From Heptranchias perlo (taxonomy: Eukaryota): 64,000 nucleotides of DNA. Every line of letters begins with the position of its first letter. Within the stretch, counting starts at the first letter, position 1. The stretch is from positions 10,292,001-10,356,000 of the forward strand of contig NC_090360.1 of assembly GCF_035084215.1 (NCBI RefSeq), in the 5' to 3' direction. The notes beneath the pieces were generated by a model. The model had not been told where the DNA came from, ran no database searches, and saw only the letters and a program-made list of their open reading frames with translations. Made by a program: the position numbers and the translations under genes. This document shows, piece by piece, positions 63,591-64,000 of the stretch.

Positions 63591-64000
63591 GGCCCCACAG
63601 AAACATTCGAAAACCTCTGTACTGGATAAGAACAGTGTATTTGAATAATGTTTAATTAGTCTGGAGCCTGGTTCAGGTTCTGTTGTGTTCAGAGTCTTAA
63701 TTTAGTTCACCTTTGGATGACATTGCTGTTGAGCTGTGCCCAGCCAATAAGGGAGCAGCGTTTGCTGAAGCCATTTGCTGCTGACGTTATCCCGAGACAC
63801 AGTTCAGACTAATCTGCTTGTCAGTAAAATCCAGGACCATCCTGCATCGAGTTCACCAATATCTTAAAAGCCTTTGTTATCGAGGCTCAGAATTTCAAAG
63901 TCTAAATGCTTTCAAATAAATTAATAATCTAGATGAAAACCACACCACTTTTAAACTTATATATTTAATGTTTTTTCTACATATCAGCATTAAGGATGTG

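Noticed and set aside
62825-63598. 257-aa and 204-aa repetitive ORFs, or a CRISPR-like array
   Set aside because: Pure head-to-tail 31-bp tandem repeat with no unique spacers. The ORFs arise because the unit lacks stops on one strand, and the context is eukaryotic.

Overview
Vertebrate genomic DNA, most likely a cartilaginous fish (inferred from the repeat content: CR1/L2 LINEs, Deu-domain SINE, Penelope-like element, PIF/Harbinger MITEs). It holds three complete retinal genes in the conserved LRIT1-LRIT2-CDHR1 arrangement. LRIT1 is on + (4 coding exons, 1309-9275, 665 aa), LRIT2 is on + (3 exons, 15418-19558, 564 aa), and CDHR1 is on - (17 exons, 60509-31017, 869 aa). All exons were reconstructed by hand with GT-AG boundaries and consistent phases. 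Most notable: (1) a second, paralogous terminal exon (transmembrane plus short cytoplasmic tail) inside the last CDHR1 intron, in phase and with its own acceptor and polyA signal; (2) a minimal hammerhead ribozyme in a TSD-flanked Penelope-like insertion; (3) a near-perfect 349-bp inverted duplication between the convergent LRIT2 and CDHR1 3' ends; (4) a 31-bp minisatellite upstream of CDHR1. Gene and repeat family names come from recognition of motifs, not from database searches.
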